Below, piece after piece: positions 8,287 to 16,227 of a DNA stretch of 40,823 nt. The translations under genes and the position numbers were made by a program. Each line of letters begins with the position of its first letter. The first letter of the stretch is position 1. The notes below the pieces were generated by a model. It saw nothing but the letters and a program-made list of their open reading frames with translations. It had not been told where the DNA came from and did no database searches. This DNA comes from an uncultured Candidatus Peribacteria bacterium (GTDB lineage: Bacteria; Patescibacteriota; Gracilibacteria; Peribacterales; Peribacteraceae). The stretch is taken from assembly GCA_964541635.1 (NCBI GenBank), contig CAZIQM010000003.1:1-40823 (forward strand), written 5' to 3'.

Positions 8287-8610
8287 TCAGCGCGAGAGGA
8301 TTCCGCGGAGGACGCGAATGGCGTCGTCGACGCCCAGGATGCCGTTGCCGTTCGGGTCCGCCGCCAGTTCCTGGGGCGTGGCCGTCCGGTAGCCTTGCGC
8401 GATTTCGAGGATGACGATGGCGTCGGCGGCATCCACGGTGCCGTCCGCGTTCACGTCGCCGCGCGGGGCGTCCGTGGCGAGGGATCCCGCGATGGTCCGG
8501 AGGTTGCCCGCCGTTTGCATGCCGAGCGCGAACGACGCCGTCACCGCGAGAAGGCCCAGCGGAAGCAGGGTGGTGATGCGTTTGCGCAGCGTCGTGGGGA
8601 GTGTGGACAT
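8287..8610 (-). CDS. Small dockerin-domain protein with an N-terminal signal peptide or anchor
   Basis: 107 aa. Hydrophobic N-terminus RITTLLPLGLLAVTASFALG, then two EF-hand-like dockerin repeats: GDVNADGTVDAADAIVILEIAQG and ADPNGNGILGVDDAIRVLRGIL. Confidence 0.7.
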   Translation of the reverse strand: MSTLPTTLRKRITTLLPLGLLAVTASFALGMQTAGNLRTIAGSLATDAPRGDVNADGTVDAADAIVILEIAQGYRTATPQELAADPNGNGILGVDDAIRVLRGILSR

Positions 8611-8736
8611 TTCCCATCATTGTACCCAAAAATCGCGTTTTCTTCAATCCGCGTGTCATTGACGGGATTTGAATATGGTTCCTAGTCTTATCCTTGTTTT
8701 GCCCGTGTCGAAGCCACGAACGCGTATACTGGCGCT

Positions 8737-9702
8737 GTGACCTCGATCACGCTCATGACCGGCGAGAACGCGTACGCCATCCGCGCCGAAAAACGCCGTT
8801 GGATCGAGGAGTTTTCGAAGAAGCACGGCCCGGACAACATCGTCCGGCTCGACGGGAAGGGGCTCACCGTCCGCGATCTGCTCGACGAAGTCGGCGTGAT
8901 GCCGTTTTTGTCCGAGAAACGTTTGGTCATCGTGGACGGCGTCCCGAAGGCGACGAAGGAGGAGATGCAGGCCCTCGAGACGTCGATCCACCCGGCGACC
9001 GTGCTGCTCTTCGTCGATCCGTCGCCCGACAAACGCTTGGGCGGTACCAAGCAACTGCTCGCCATGGCCGCCTCAAAGGAATTCCCGGCCGTGAAAGGAC
9101 CGAAGTTGCAGCAGTGGATCGCGGGCGAGGCCCAGCGGCTCGGCATGGCGCTCGAACGCGGCGCGGCGGAGACGCTCGTGGAACGCTTGGGCGATGACCA
9201 AGGTGCGATCGCCACCGAACTCGAGAAACTGTCGCTGGCGGTGGCCGGGCGTCCGCTGTCCGCCGCTGACGTCGACCTGCACACGATCCCGACGGACGAA
9301 GGGGTCGTATGGACGATGACGGACCTCGTGTCGGCGGGAAAGAAGAAGGAAGCACTGGCCTACGCGAAACGTTTGCTCGAACGCGGCTCCGACGCCTACG
9401 GGCTGTGGGCGATCCTCTTGTCGATGCTCAAGAACGTGCTTCTGGTCCGTGCCGCCGTCGACGACCGCCTGTCGTCGCCCAGGGACATCGCGGAGCGCAC
9501 GGGCGTGCATCCGTTCGCGCTACGGTCGCTCCAGTCGTACGCGGCGTCATGCCCCCGCGCGGAGTTGGAGCGCGCCGTGCGATGGGCCGTGGAAGCGGAC
9601 GTGCGTCTCAAGACCGGCGGCTACCGCGCCACCGACGAATCGCCGCAGGAATTGCACGCGCTCATCGACCGCTTCCTCGCGCGCATGCCCGCGAACCGTT
9701 AA
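8737..9702 (+). CDS. holA: DNA polymerase III subunit delta
   Basis: GTG start. Layout typical of HolA: ITLMTGENAYAI...MPFLSEKRLVIVDG..., a second domain with LQQWI...A.RLGMALERGAAETLVERLGDDQGAIATELEKLSL, and a C-terminal helical domain. Confidence 0.7.
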   Translation: MTSITLMTGENAYAIRAEKRRWIEEFSKKHGPDNIVRLDGKGLTVRDLLDEVGVMPFLSEKRLVIVDGVPKATKEEMQALETSIHPATVLLFVDPSPDKRLGGTKQLLAMAASKEFPAVKGPKLQQWIAGEAQRLGMALERGAAETLVERLGDDQGAIATELEKLSLAVAGRPLSAADVDLHTIPTDEGVVWTMTDLVSAGKKKEALAYAKRLLERGSDAYGLWAILLSMLKNVLLVRAAVDDRLSSPRDIAERTGVHPFALRSLQSYAASCPRAELERAVRWAVEADVRLKTGGYRATDESPQELHALIDRFLARMPANR

Positions 9703-10103
9703 GCCTGGTTGATCTGGTCGAGGAGTCCCTCCGCGGCCTGCACCTCCGTGGCGCGCGCTTCGGCTTCGGTCGTTTGCCGCGCCTCCGAGCGCTGTTTTCG
9801 TTCCTCGCTCGTCTGTTCGACGCTCTTCGCCGGTTCTTCTCCGGACGCGGGCGTGCCCGAGTATTTGGCGTCGATGGCGGCGAGCTGCTCTTTTTCGCGC
9901 GAGAGGATGTCCTGCAGCTTCGCGAGCTGCTCCGGCGTCATCACCGGCAGGATTTCGATCCAATACTTCCGCTCGTCGTCGTTCATGCTCTCCGAGGCCA
10001 CGATCAAATCGACGAGCCCGCCGAATTTCGCCCGGACGTCGTCGGGGACGACGATGGGGATCGGTCCTGAGCCCGTTGAAGACGCGTCATCGGCCATGGG
10101 CAC
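9699..10103 (-). CDS. Hypothetical acidic protein with a C-terminal charged coiled region
   Basis: 134 aa downstream of greA on the same strand. Motif NDDERKYWIEILPVMTPEQLAKLQDILSREKEQL. I recognise no family. Confidence 0.55.
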   Translation of the reverse strand: MPMADDASSTGSGPIPIVVPDDVRAKFGGLVDLIVASESMNDDERKYWIEILPVMTPEQLAKLQDILSREKEQLAAIDAKYSGTPASGEEPAKSVEQTSEERKQRSEARQTTEAEARATEVQAAEGLLDQINQA

Positions 10104-10141
10104 AGCCTAAAGCCCCGTGCCGTTCGAAACAAGCGCGCGGG

Positions 10142-10708
10142 TCAGGCGACTTTGACGATTTCGTATTCCACCACGCCGGATGGCGTCGAGACCTTCACCG
10201 TGTCGCCCTTCACGTTGCCGAGGACGGCTTTGCCGATGGGGGACTCGTTGCTGATCTTGAACTCGAACGGATCCGCTTCGGTGGCGCCGACGATCGTGTA
10301 GCTCTCCGGTTCGTCGCTGGAACCCGCTTTGACGACCGTGACGTGCGAACCGATGTTCACTTCCTTGCCCGTCTTCTTCGCGTCGTGTTCCGAGATGATC
10401 TTCGCGTTCTTGATCTTGCGCTCGAGCTCGATGATGCGGCCTTCGACGAACGCCTGTTCGTTCTTCGCTTCCTCGTACTCCGAGTTTTCGGAAAGGTCGC
10501 CGTACGAAATGGCTTCCTTCAGGCGCTGGGCGACTTCCTTGCGGCGGACGTTCTTGAGGTTCTCGAGTTCCTCCTTGAGGCGCTTCAAGCCTTCCTTGGT
10601 GACGAGCGTTTCCTCGTCGTCCGTGAAGCTCGCGCCGGAACCGGCGGAACCCGACGACGACGCGTCGTCCATCGAGAGGTCTCCGAAATCGTCAGATGTG
10701 GCAAACAT
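10142..10708 (-). CDS. greA: Transcription elongation factor GreA, with a short acidic/Ser-rich N-terminal extension
   Basis: Start trimmed to ATG 10708. LVTKEGLKRLKEELENLKNVRRKEVAQRLKEAISYGDLSENSEYEEAKNEQAFVEGRIIELERKIKNAKII, followed by the FKBP-like C-terminal domain (SPIGKAVLGNVKGDTVKV). Confidence 0.9.
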   Translation of the reverse strand: MFATSDDFGDLSMDDASSSGSAGSGASFTDDEETLVTKEGLKRLKEELENLKNVRRKEVAQRLKEAISYGDLSENSEYEEAKNEQAFVEGRIIELERKIKNAKIISEHDAKKTGKEVNIGSHVTVVKAGSSDEPESYTIVGATEADPFEFKISNESPIGKAVLGNVKGDTVKVSTPSGVVEYEIVKVA

Positions 10709-10799
10709 AGGCCCGCGAAGTATAGGCGGGCGCCCGACGGGGCGCAATGCGTCTTTCCGCCTCGAAGAGCCGTTTGTGGCTTCCGGAACGCCTGGTACG

Positions 10800-11657
10800 A
10801 TGCGGTCCATGCATCGCGTGTTTTCCGGCGCCCTGGCGGCGCTCTGCATGGTTTGTCCCTTGGCCCACGCCGCGTCGGGCATCACGTTGCCGGACCTGTC
10901 GGCGGCGCAACGCGCGGTGGACGACCTGGGATCGGACCTTGCCCGCGACGAAGCGTCGGCGTCATTTTACGAAGACCAGGAGCTGTTCCCGGTCGTCGAG
11001 ACGCAGGCGGATTCCGCCATCGAGGAACAACGCGACGGCCGCACCGCGGAATTTTTGACGATCCGCGTCGGCGCGAAGGACGTGACGTTGCGCGACGTCC
11101 CCACGAAGGAGTGGTTCGCGCCGTACGTCCGCGACATCGCGGAGCTCGGTCTCGTCTCGGGCTACCGCGACGCGCTGGGCATGCCCACGGGGCAATTCGG
11201 CCCCGCCGATCCCGTCACGCTCGAGCAGGTCGCGAAAGTCGCGGTGCTCGCGTCCGGCGTCGACGCCACCGCGTGCCCGCTCCCGCCCGCGAACCTTTCC
11301 GCGTCCGGCGCGTGGAGCGCGTCGTACGTTTCGTGCGCCGAGAGGGCGCAGTGGGCCGTGTTCAGCGATCCCGCCGCCGACCTGCGCCGGCCCGCGACCC
11401 GCGAAGAAGTCGTCATGACGATGCTGCAGGCGTTCAAGAGGGAATTCGACGTCGACACGGCGTCGCTCACGTTCGCCGACGTCGAAAAAACGTCCGCGTT
11501 CGCGCCGGCCATCGCCAAGGCGGCGACCGACGGGATCGTGTCGGGCTACACGGACCGGGAGGGGAACCTCACCGGGCTCTTCGGGCCGAAGAACGACGTG
11601 ACGCGCGCAGAGTTCTCGAAAATCGTCAGCATCGTGCTGCAGCTGTACGCGAAGTGA
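10800..11657 (+). CDS. Secreted S-layer-homology (SLH) domain protein
   Basis: Start trimmed to ATG 10800 (MRSMHRVFSGALAALCMVCPLAHA is a signal peptide). SLH-like repeats: WFAPYVRDIAELGLVSGYRD...GQFGPADPVTLEQVAKV, a weaker central one, and FAPAIAKAATDGIVSGYTDREGNLTGLFGPKNDVTRAEFSKIV. Confidence 0.7.
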   Translation: MRSMHRVFSGALAALCMVCPLAHAASGITLPDLSAAQRAVDDLGSDLARDEASASFYEDQELFPVVETQADSAIEEQRDGRTAEFLTIRVGAKDVTLRDVPTKEWFAPYVRDIAELGLVSGYRDALGMPTGQFGPADPVTLEQVAKVAVLASGVDATACPLPPANLSASGAWSASYVSCAERAQWAVFSDPAADLRRPATREEVVMTMLQAFKREFDVDTASLTFADVEKTSAFAPAIAKAATDGIVSGYTDREGNLTGLFGPKNDVTRAEFSKIVSIVLQLYAK

Positions 11658-11660
11658 ACG

Positions 11661-12650
11661 TCAGCGGTGCCGCTGTCGCACGTGGTGTTCGAGCGCTTTT
11701 TCGTTCGGATGCGTGCCGACGAGTTCGAGGAGCAGCGTGCCCGTGACGAGGAACGCGCCGCCGAGGAAGTGGTACCACGCGATCGGTTCGCCGAGCATCG
11801 CCCACGCCATGACCGTGCCCAGGATGATGTCGACCGCGCCCGTGAGCGTGATGGTCGAGACCGGGAGACGTTCGAGCGCTTCGTAGAACGCGACGCTGTT
11901 CACGAAACGCGAGATGAACCCGAAGCCGATGAGGGCGGGGATCAACGCGAGGGGGAACATCCGGATTTCGGACTCCAGGCCGTGGTGCACGAAGGGGGAA
12001 ACCGCGACGAGCGCCACGATGGCGGTGAGGGATCGGGCGCCGAGGAGGAGGTGCGGCTTCAGGTGCGACGCGAACTTGCGGCAGAGCACGCTGCCCACGG
12101 CGAACGACAGCGCGGCCGCCACGATCACCATGTCGCCCGTTTGGATGTGGTCGAGGCCTTGCGTGAATCCCTTGAGCGAAATGATTGTCATGCCGGCCAG
12201 GATCGTGCACATGGCCATCACGTGGGTGCGGGTGACGCGCTCCTTGAGGAACAGCGCCGCGCACGTGAGGAGGAACACCATTTCGACCTTCCCGAAGAAC
12301 CCCGCGTTCACGGCGGAGGTCATCGCGAGGCCCGTGAACCACAGGCCGGGTCCGATGAGGCCGTTGATGGTGCCGATGACCAGCAACCACCCGGCGTCCT
12401 TCCGCGTGAGCTCTTTGCAGCTGCGCACGATGGGGACAGCGCCGAACGACACGAACACGAACAGCAGGACGAGGAGTTCGCTCACGAACACGAGCGAAAG
12501 GGGCGAAAGCGACGGGGACAACACCTTGGCGAAGGAGTTGTAGGTCGCGCCCGCCATGATGCTCGTCGAAAGCGCCAGCCAGCCGATTCCCGCGTCCGTG
12601 AGGGCGCGCTGCCGCCATGCGAAGGGCCGAAGTGTCAGGGGGTTCAGCAA
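11661..12650 (-). CDS. EamA/DMT-superfamily transporter
   Basis: 329 aa with about 10 TM segments in two repeated halves, as is typical of EamA-domain permeases. Confidence 0.65.
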   Translation of the reverse strand: MLNPLTLRPFAWRQRALTDAGIGWLALSTSIMAGATYNSFAKVLSPSLSPLSLVFVSELLVLLFVFVSFGAVPIVRSCKELTRKDAGWLLVIGTINGLIGPGLWFTGLAMTSAVNAGFFGKVEMVFLLTCAALFLKERVTRTHVMAMCTILAGMTIISLKGFTQGLDHIQTGDMVIVAAALSFAVGSVLCRKFASHLKPHLLLGARSLTAIVALVAVSPFVHHGLESEIRMFPLALIPALIGFGFISRFVNSVAFYEALERLPVSTITLTGAVDIILGTVMAWAMLGEPIAWYHFLGGAFLVTGTLLLELVGTHPNEKALEHHVRQRHR

Positions 12651-12730
12651 ATCCTGTCATTATAGCGAAAAAGCGGGTTTTCCGCCAGTGCTACGCCAGG
12701 TACGATGGTATCGATTTTCCTCATAACTTC

Positions 12731-13630
12731 ATGTTTTTGACGTTCGTGTACGCCTTCCTCAGCGTGGCCATCGTGAGCCTCGTATCCCTCGTGGGAGTGA
12801 TCGTCCTGACTGTCCGCACCGACGTCGTCTCCAGGGTCCTGCTGTACCTCGTGAGTTTTTCGACCGGCGCCATCCTGGGCACCGTGTTCTTCCATTTGCT
12901 CCCCGAAGTCATGGAGCACGCGGGTGATCCCGTCATGGGGTCTGCCTGGATCCTCGGGGGCATGATGCTCGCGTTCGTCATCGAGAAATTCATCCACTGG
13001 CACCACTGCCATCGGACCGAGCACGACGACGCTGGCGGTCACCACAACCATCCGCTCGGCGCGCTCATCCTCATCGGCGACGGCATCCATAACTTCCTCG
13101 ATGGAACGCTGATCGCCGCCGCCTATATGGTAAGCGTTCCGGTCGGCATCGCGGCGACCGTCGCGGTCGTCCTCCACGAAATTCCGCAGGAGCTCAGCGA
13201 CATTTCGTTGTTGCTCCACAGTGGATTTTCGCGAAACAAGGCCATCCTGTGGAATTTTCTTTCCGCGTGCACTGCGATCGTCGGCGCGGGCGCGGCGTTT
13301 TTCTTCGGGACGCACATGCACGGCATCGAGTTCGTGCTGCTGCCCATCGCCGCGGGAAACTTCCTCTACATCGCGACCACTGACCTGATCCCCGAGCTGC
13401 ACAAAGAGACGCGCGTCGGCAAGAACGTAGTGCAAGGATTGTTGCTGCTGGCGGGCATCGGGCTCATGGCGTGGCTCTCGCTCGCTGCCAATCACGAGGA
13501 CGTCGAACGGGCCATCGACGAACACCAAGACGCGACGTCATCGAACGGCGGCATTTTGCAGATGCGCGTGCTGGACGCGGACGGCAACCCAGTCGACGAT
13601 TCAGTGCGCGTGAACGTGCGCACCCGGTGA
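12731..13630 (+). CDS. ZIP-family divalent metal (Zn/Fe) transporter
   Basis: Start trimmed to ATG 12731. His-rich loop HWHHCHRTEHDDAGGHHNH, motifs GDGIHNFLDG and HEIPQELSDISLLL; 8 TM-like segments. Confidence 0.8.
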   Translation: MFLTFVYAFLSVAIVSLVSLVGVIVLTVRTDVVSRVLLYLVSFSTGAILGTVFFHLLPEVMEHAGDPVMGSAWILGGMMLAFVIEKFIHWHHCHRTEHDDAGGHHNHPLGALILIGDGIHNFLDGTLIAAAYMVSVPVGIAATVAVVLHEIPQELSDISLLLHSGFSRNKAILWNFLSACTAIVGAGAAFFFGTHMHGIEFVLLPIAAGNFLYIATTDLIPELHKETRVGKNVVQGLLLLAGIGLMAWLSLAANHEDVERAIDEHQDATSSNGGILQMRVLDADGNPVDDSVRVNVRTR

Positions 13631-14707
13631 GCCGTCGCCGCGCAGGAAGCGGCAGGCGAACCACGTTGAGATCGGCACCGCAAGCGTGAGCGTCATGCTG
13701 CCCACGAGCGTGCGGACGATTTCCTCGACGATCGATTCGTTGTTGAGGATCACCCACCACGGCACGTCCACGCCGCTCCAGAACAACAGGAGGAGCGGAA
13801 GCGATGCGCCGACGTAGGCCAAGGCGAGCGTGTTCACCAGCGACGCGATGTGTTCGCGGCCCACTGACAAGCCCGCCTTGTAGAGTTGCGCCTTGCCGAT
13901 GCGCGGATTCGCCCGTTTGATTTCGTTGATGGCCGCCGTCTGGGTCGTGGTGATGTCGTCGAGCACTCCGAGCGCGCCGATCACGATGCCCCCGAGGAGC
14001 AGTCCGCGCAGGTTCACCGATTGCAGCGGACCGAGCTGCAGGTAGAGGGCCTCTTCCGCGCCGTTGCCCGCGAGTTGCGTGAGTCGCACTGCGACGATCG
14101 AAAGGAGCAGCGAGAGCGCGAGCGTGGTCAGTGTGCTGAGCAACGCGATCGTGGTGCGGTACGAGAACCCGTGCGCGAGGTAAAGCGACGTGCACGCGAT
14201 GGCGACGGCTCCTGCCAGGGAAACCATCAGCGGATTTTGTCCGCTTCCTATCATGGGCACGACGAACAGCGCGAGGATCATGATGCTCACGCAGAGTCCG
14301 ACGATCGACGTGAATCCCGTGCGACCCGCGAAAACGATCGCAAGGACGAAAAACGCCACCCCGAGGCCGAACACCGACGGCAAGCGGTACGGTTCGCGTC
14401 CGAGCAGCTGCACCGTTCCGTCGCTTTTGGACAGTATCTCGACGACGACGCGCTGGCCGGGCTTCAGCAGGGACGTTTGCAAACCTTCGACGGCGGCGTT
14501 TTCCATCGTCTCCTGCGTTCCGTCATCGAGCCGCACGAGCAGTTGCTGCACCGTGCGGTCGAAACCCGACGAATCGTCGTGCTCAGTCGAAAGCACGCGC
14601 ACGACGGTGGCGGTCGCGTAGGTATCGGAGACGTGGGCGGGCGCTTCTTGCGCGAACGCCGAAAGCGGGGCGAGTACGAGGATCGCGAATCCGAGCGTAT
14701 TCATCAT
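13601..14707 (-). CDS. YibE/F-like integral membrane protein with an N-terminal extracytoplasmic domain
   Basis: Signal-like N-terminus, a soluble domain of about 110 aa, then 6-7 TM segments with GLSVGREHIASLVNTLALAYVGASLPLLLLF, which resembles the YibE/F family. Confidence 0.5.
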   Translation of the reverse strand: MMNTLGFAILVLAPLSAFAQEAPAHVSDTYATATVVRVLSTEHDDSSGFDRTVQQLLVRLDDGTQETMENAAVEGLQTSLLKPGQRVVVEILSKSDGTVQLLGREPYRLPSVFGLGVAFFVLAIVFAGRTGFTSIVGLCVSIMILALFVVPMIGSGQNPLMVSLAGAVAIACTSLYLAHGFSYRTTIALLSTLTTLALSLLLSIVAVRLTQLAGNGAEEALYLQLGPLQSVNLRGLLLGGIVIGALGVLDDITTTQTAAINEIKRANPRIGKAQLYKAGLSVGREHIASLVNTLALAYVGASLPLLLLFWSGVDVPWWVILNNESIVEEIVRTLVGSMTLTLAVPISTWFACRFLRGDGSPGAHVHAH

Positions 14708-14722
14708 GCGGTTACTTTACCA

Positions 14723-14808
14723 TGGTGCCGTCGGCTGGACTCGAACCAGCAAGCCCGTGAGGGCTAGGGATTTTAAGTCCCCTGCGTATGCCATTCCGCC
14801 ACGACGGC
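14723..14808 (-). tRNA. tRNA-Leu (anticodon TAA), class II, CCA encoded
   Basis: The reverse complement has acceptor GCCGTCG/CGACGGC, anticodon stem GGGGA/TCCCT with loop CTTAAAA, a long variable arm, T-loop TTCGAGT, 3' ACCA. Confidence 0.9.
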
Positions 14809-14870
14809 ACGATGTTCGGAAAAGAACGGTCCAAGTGTACCGCTCCTGTTCGCGCGGAACAGGGGGCGGC

Positions 14871-16139
14871 TTAGATCGGTAAGGCTTCCAGCTTGATCGC
14901 CGGGCGATCCTCCTGCTTCTGGTGCTCCCCGACGTCCATGTCTTCGCCCGTCGCCGCGTCGATTTCCTTCGCGGAGATGATGAGGCGGCGCAGGGTGGTG
15001 CCCACCGGCGTGCAGGTCATGAGCGTCGCGATGCGTTTATTGAGCGGTTGGTCGAGGACCGTCACGTCGCTCGGGAGGATTTCCTTCTTCGTTTCGATCA
15101 CGTAGCGGTATTTGTCGCCGCCGTGGTACACCCAGAATTCGTCGCCCACCTGCAATTCCCCGAGGCGCGCGAAGATCGATTTGTATCCGCCGGGCGCCCA
15201 CGGGAAGTACGAGCTGTGGCCCGTGAGGAAGAAGTTGCCGGCTTGGCCCGGCTCCGCCGTTCCCGGGTAGTGGACGACGCCTTGTTCGAGTCCGTGCTGG
15301 ATGTCGGTTTCGAGCTGCTTCCAGTCCTCGCGCACGAGGGAATCCGTCGGCAGGGTCACGATCGGCGCGCGCAGGTCGAGGCCCGGGATGATGAGGATGT
15401 CTTCGGGCGGGCCCACGAGCGGCAGGTGCGCCGCCAAACCTTCGTCGGCGTCGCCCGCCGTGGGCAGCACCGGGACTTGGCGGAGTTTTTCCGCGAGCGA
15501 CTTCTGCGCGGAAGCGGAACGGTCGAGGTGCGTGAATTCGAGGATAGGTTCGATGCGCGCCGACGCGATGGCGCCGAAGCTTTCGTAGTTCATCGCCGAG
15601 AAGAGCACCGCGAAGATCGCGGCGAAGGTGCCGCCGAAGCGCACGATGTCGAGCGCGAAGAGCGTCCCGCGGCTGTACTGCTTCACGCGTTTGCGGCTGG
15701 CCGGCACGAGCACGGGCTGCGTGAGGAACCGCCCGAACGAGCGGATCGCCGTCTTGAAATCGCCGAGGATGGTGGACGAAGCGTCGAAGCCCCCTTCGAG
15801 GCTCGCGCGCAATTGGCGTTCGCCTTCCTGCAGCACGCCCTTGGCGGCGACGAGCGTGCCGCGCTCGGCTTCGGCCAACGCTTCGGCGCAGGACTCGCGC
15901 ACCGCGCGGAGGTTCTCGCCGATGCGCAGGGCGGCGTGTGCGCGCTGCACCGAGGGGAGTTCGGAAATGTCCTCCGCCGGTTCGTCCGGCAAGCCCCACT
16001 GGATCGCGTCGAAAGCGCTGGTTTCTTCCTCGATCGGCATCGCCGGCACGGGCTTTTCCGCCGGCGTGTCCGACGGAAGGATGATGTTGCCGTCGGAGTC
16101 GTATCGGGCGCGCTTCATGCGGGTCGGATCGTGGTTCAT
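14871..16139 (-). CDS. Sortase-family transpeptidase with a long N-terminal cytoplasmic extension
   Basis: Catalytic His in FFLTGHSSY, Cys in ATLMTCTP (TLxTC motif), Arg in LRRLIISA. A single TM (FGGTFAAIFAVLFSAM) follows about 170 residues with no recognisable family. Confidence 0.8.
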   Translation of the reverse strand: MNHDPTRMKRARYDSDGNIILPSDTPAEKPVPAMPIEEETSAFDAIQWGLPDEPAEDISELPSVQRAHAALRIGENLRAVRESCAEALAEAERGTLVAAKGVLQEGERQLRASLEGGFDASSTILGDFKTAIRSFGRFLTQPVLVPASRKRVKQYSRGTLFALDIVRFGGTFAAIFAVLFSAMNYESFGAIASARIEPILEFTHLDRSASAQKSLAEKLRQVPVLPTAGDADEGLAAHLPLVGPPEDILIIPGLDLRAPIVTLPTDSLVREDWKQLETDIQHGLEQGVVHYPGTAEPGQAGNFFLTGHSSYFPWAPGGYKSIFARLGELQVGDEFWVYHGGDKYRYVIETKKEILPSDVTVLDQPLNKRIATLMTCTPVGTTLRRLIISAKEIDAATGEDMDVGEHQKQEDRPAIKLEALPI

Positions 16140-16227
16140 GGAAATCCCATTATTGTAGCAGATTTCGGCTTCCGATGCACGCCGAAAGGTTGCTCATCCT
16201 AGCGCAAATCCCCCTCGTCCGGGAGGG

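Noticed and set aside
6930-8414. A 494-aa plus-strand ORF opposite the cohesin-FN3 gene. Similar shadows occur at 7342..7704 and 7475..7747.
   Set aside because: It is a Gly/Arg/Asp-rich repeat string produced by reading the Ser/Ala/Pro linker codons in antisense. The minus-strand frame has a signal peptide and recognisable domains.
8659-8674. A shared 16-nt motif TTGACsGGATTTsAAT, present here (upstream of holA) and at 37637..37652 (upstream of the 37673 gene).
   Set aside because: There are only two copies, with 2 mismatches and inconsistent spacing to any -10-like hexamer or to the start codons. This is insufficient to call a regulatory motif without a genome-wide search.
10076-11746. A 556-aa plus-strand ORF, and the long upstream extension of the SLH gene (10329..10799) across greA.
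   Set aside because: These are antisense or out of frame relative to the clearly identified greA. The SLH protein has a proper signal peptide starting at 10800.
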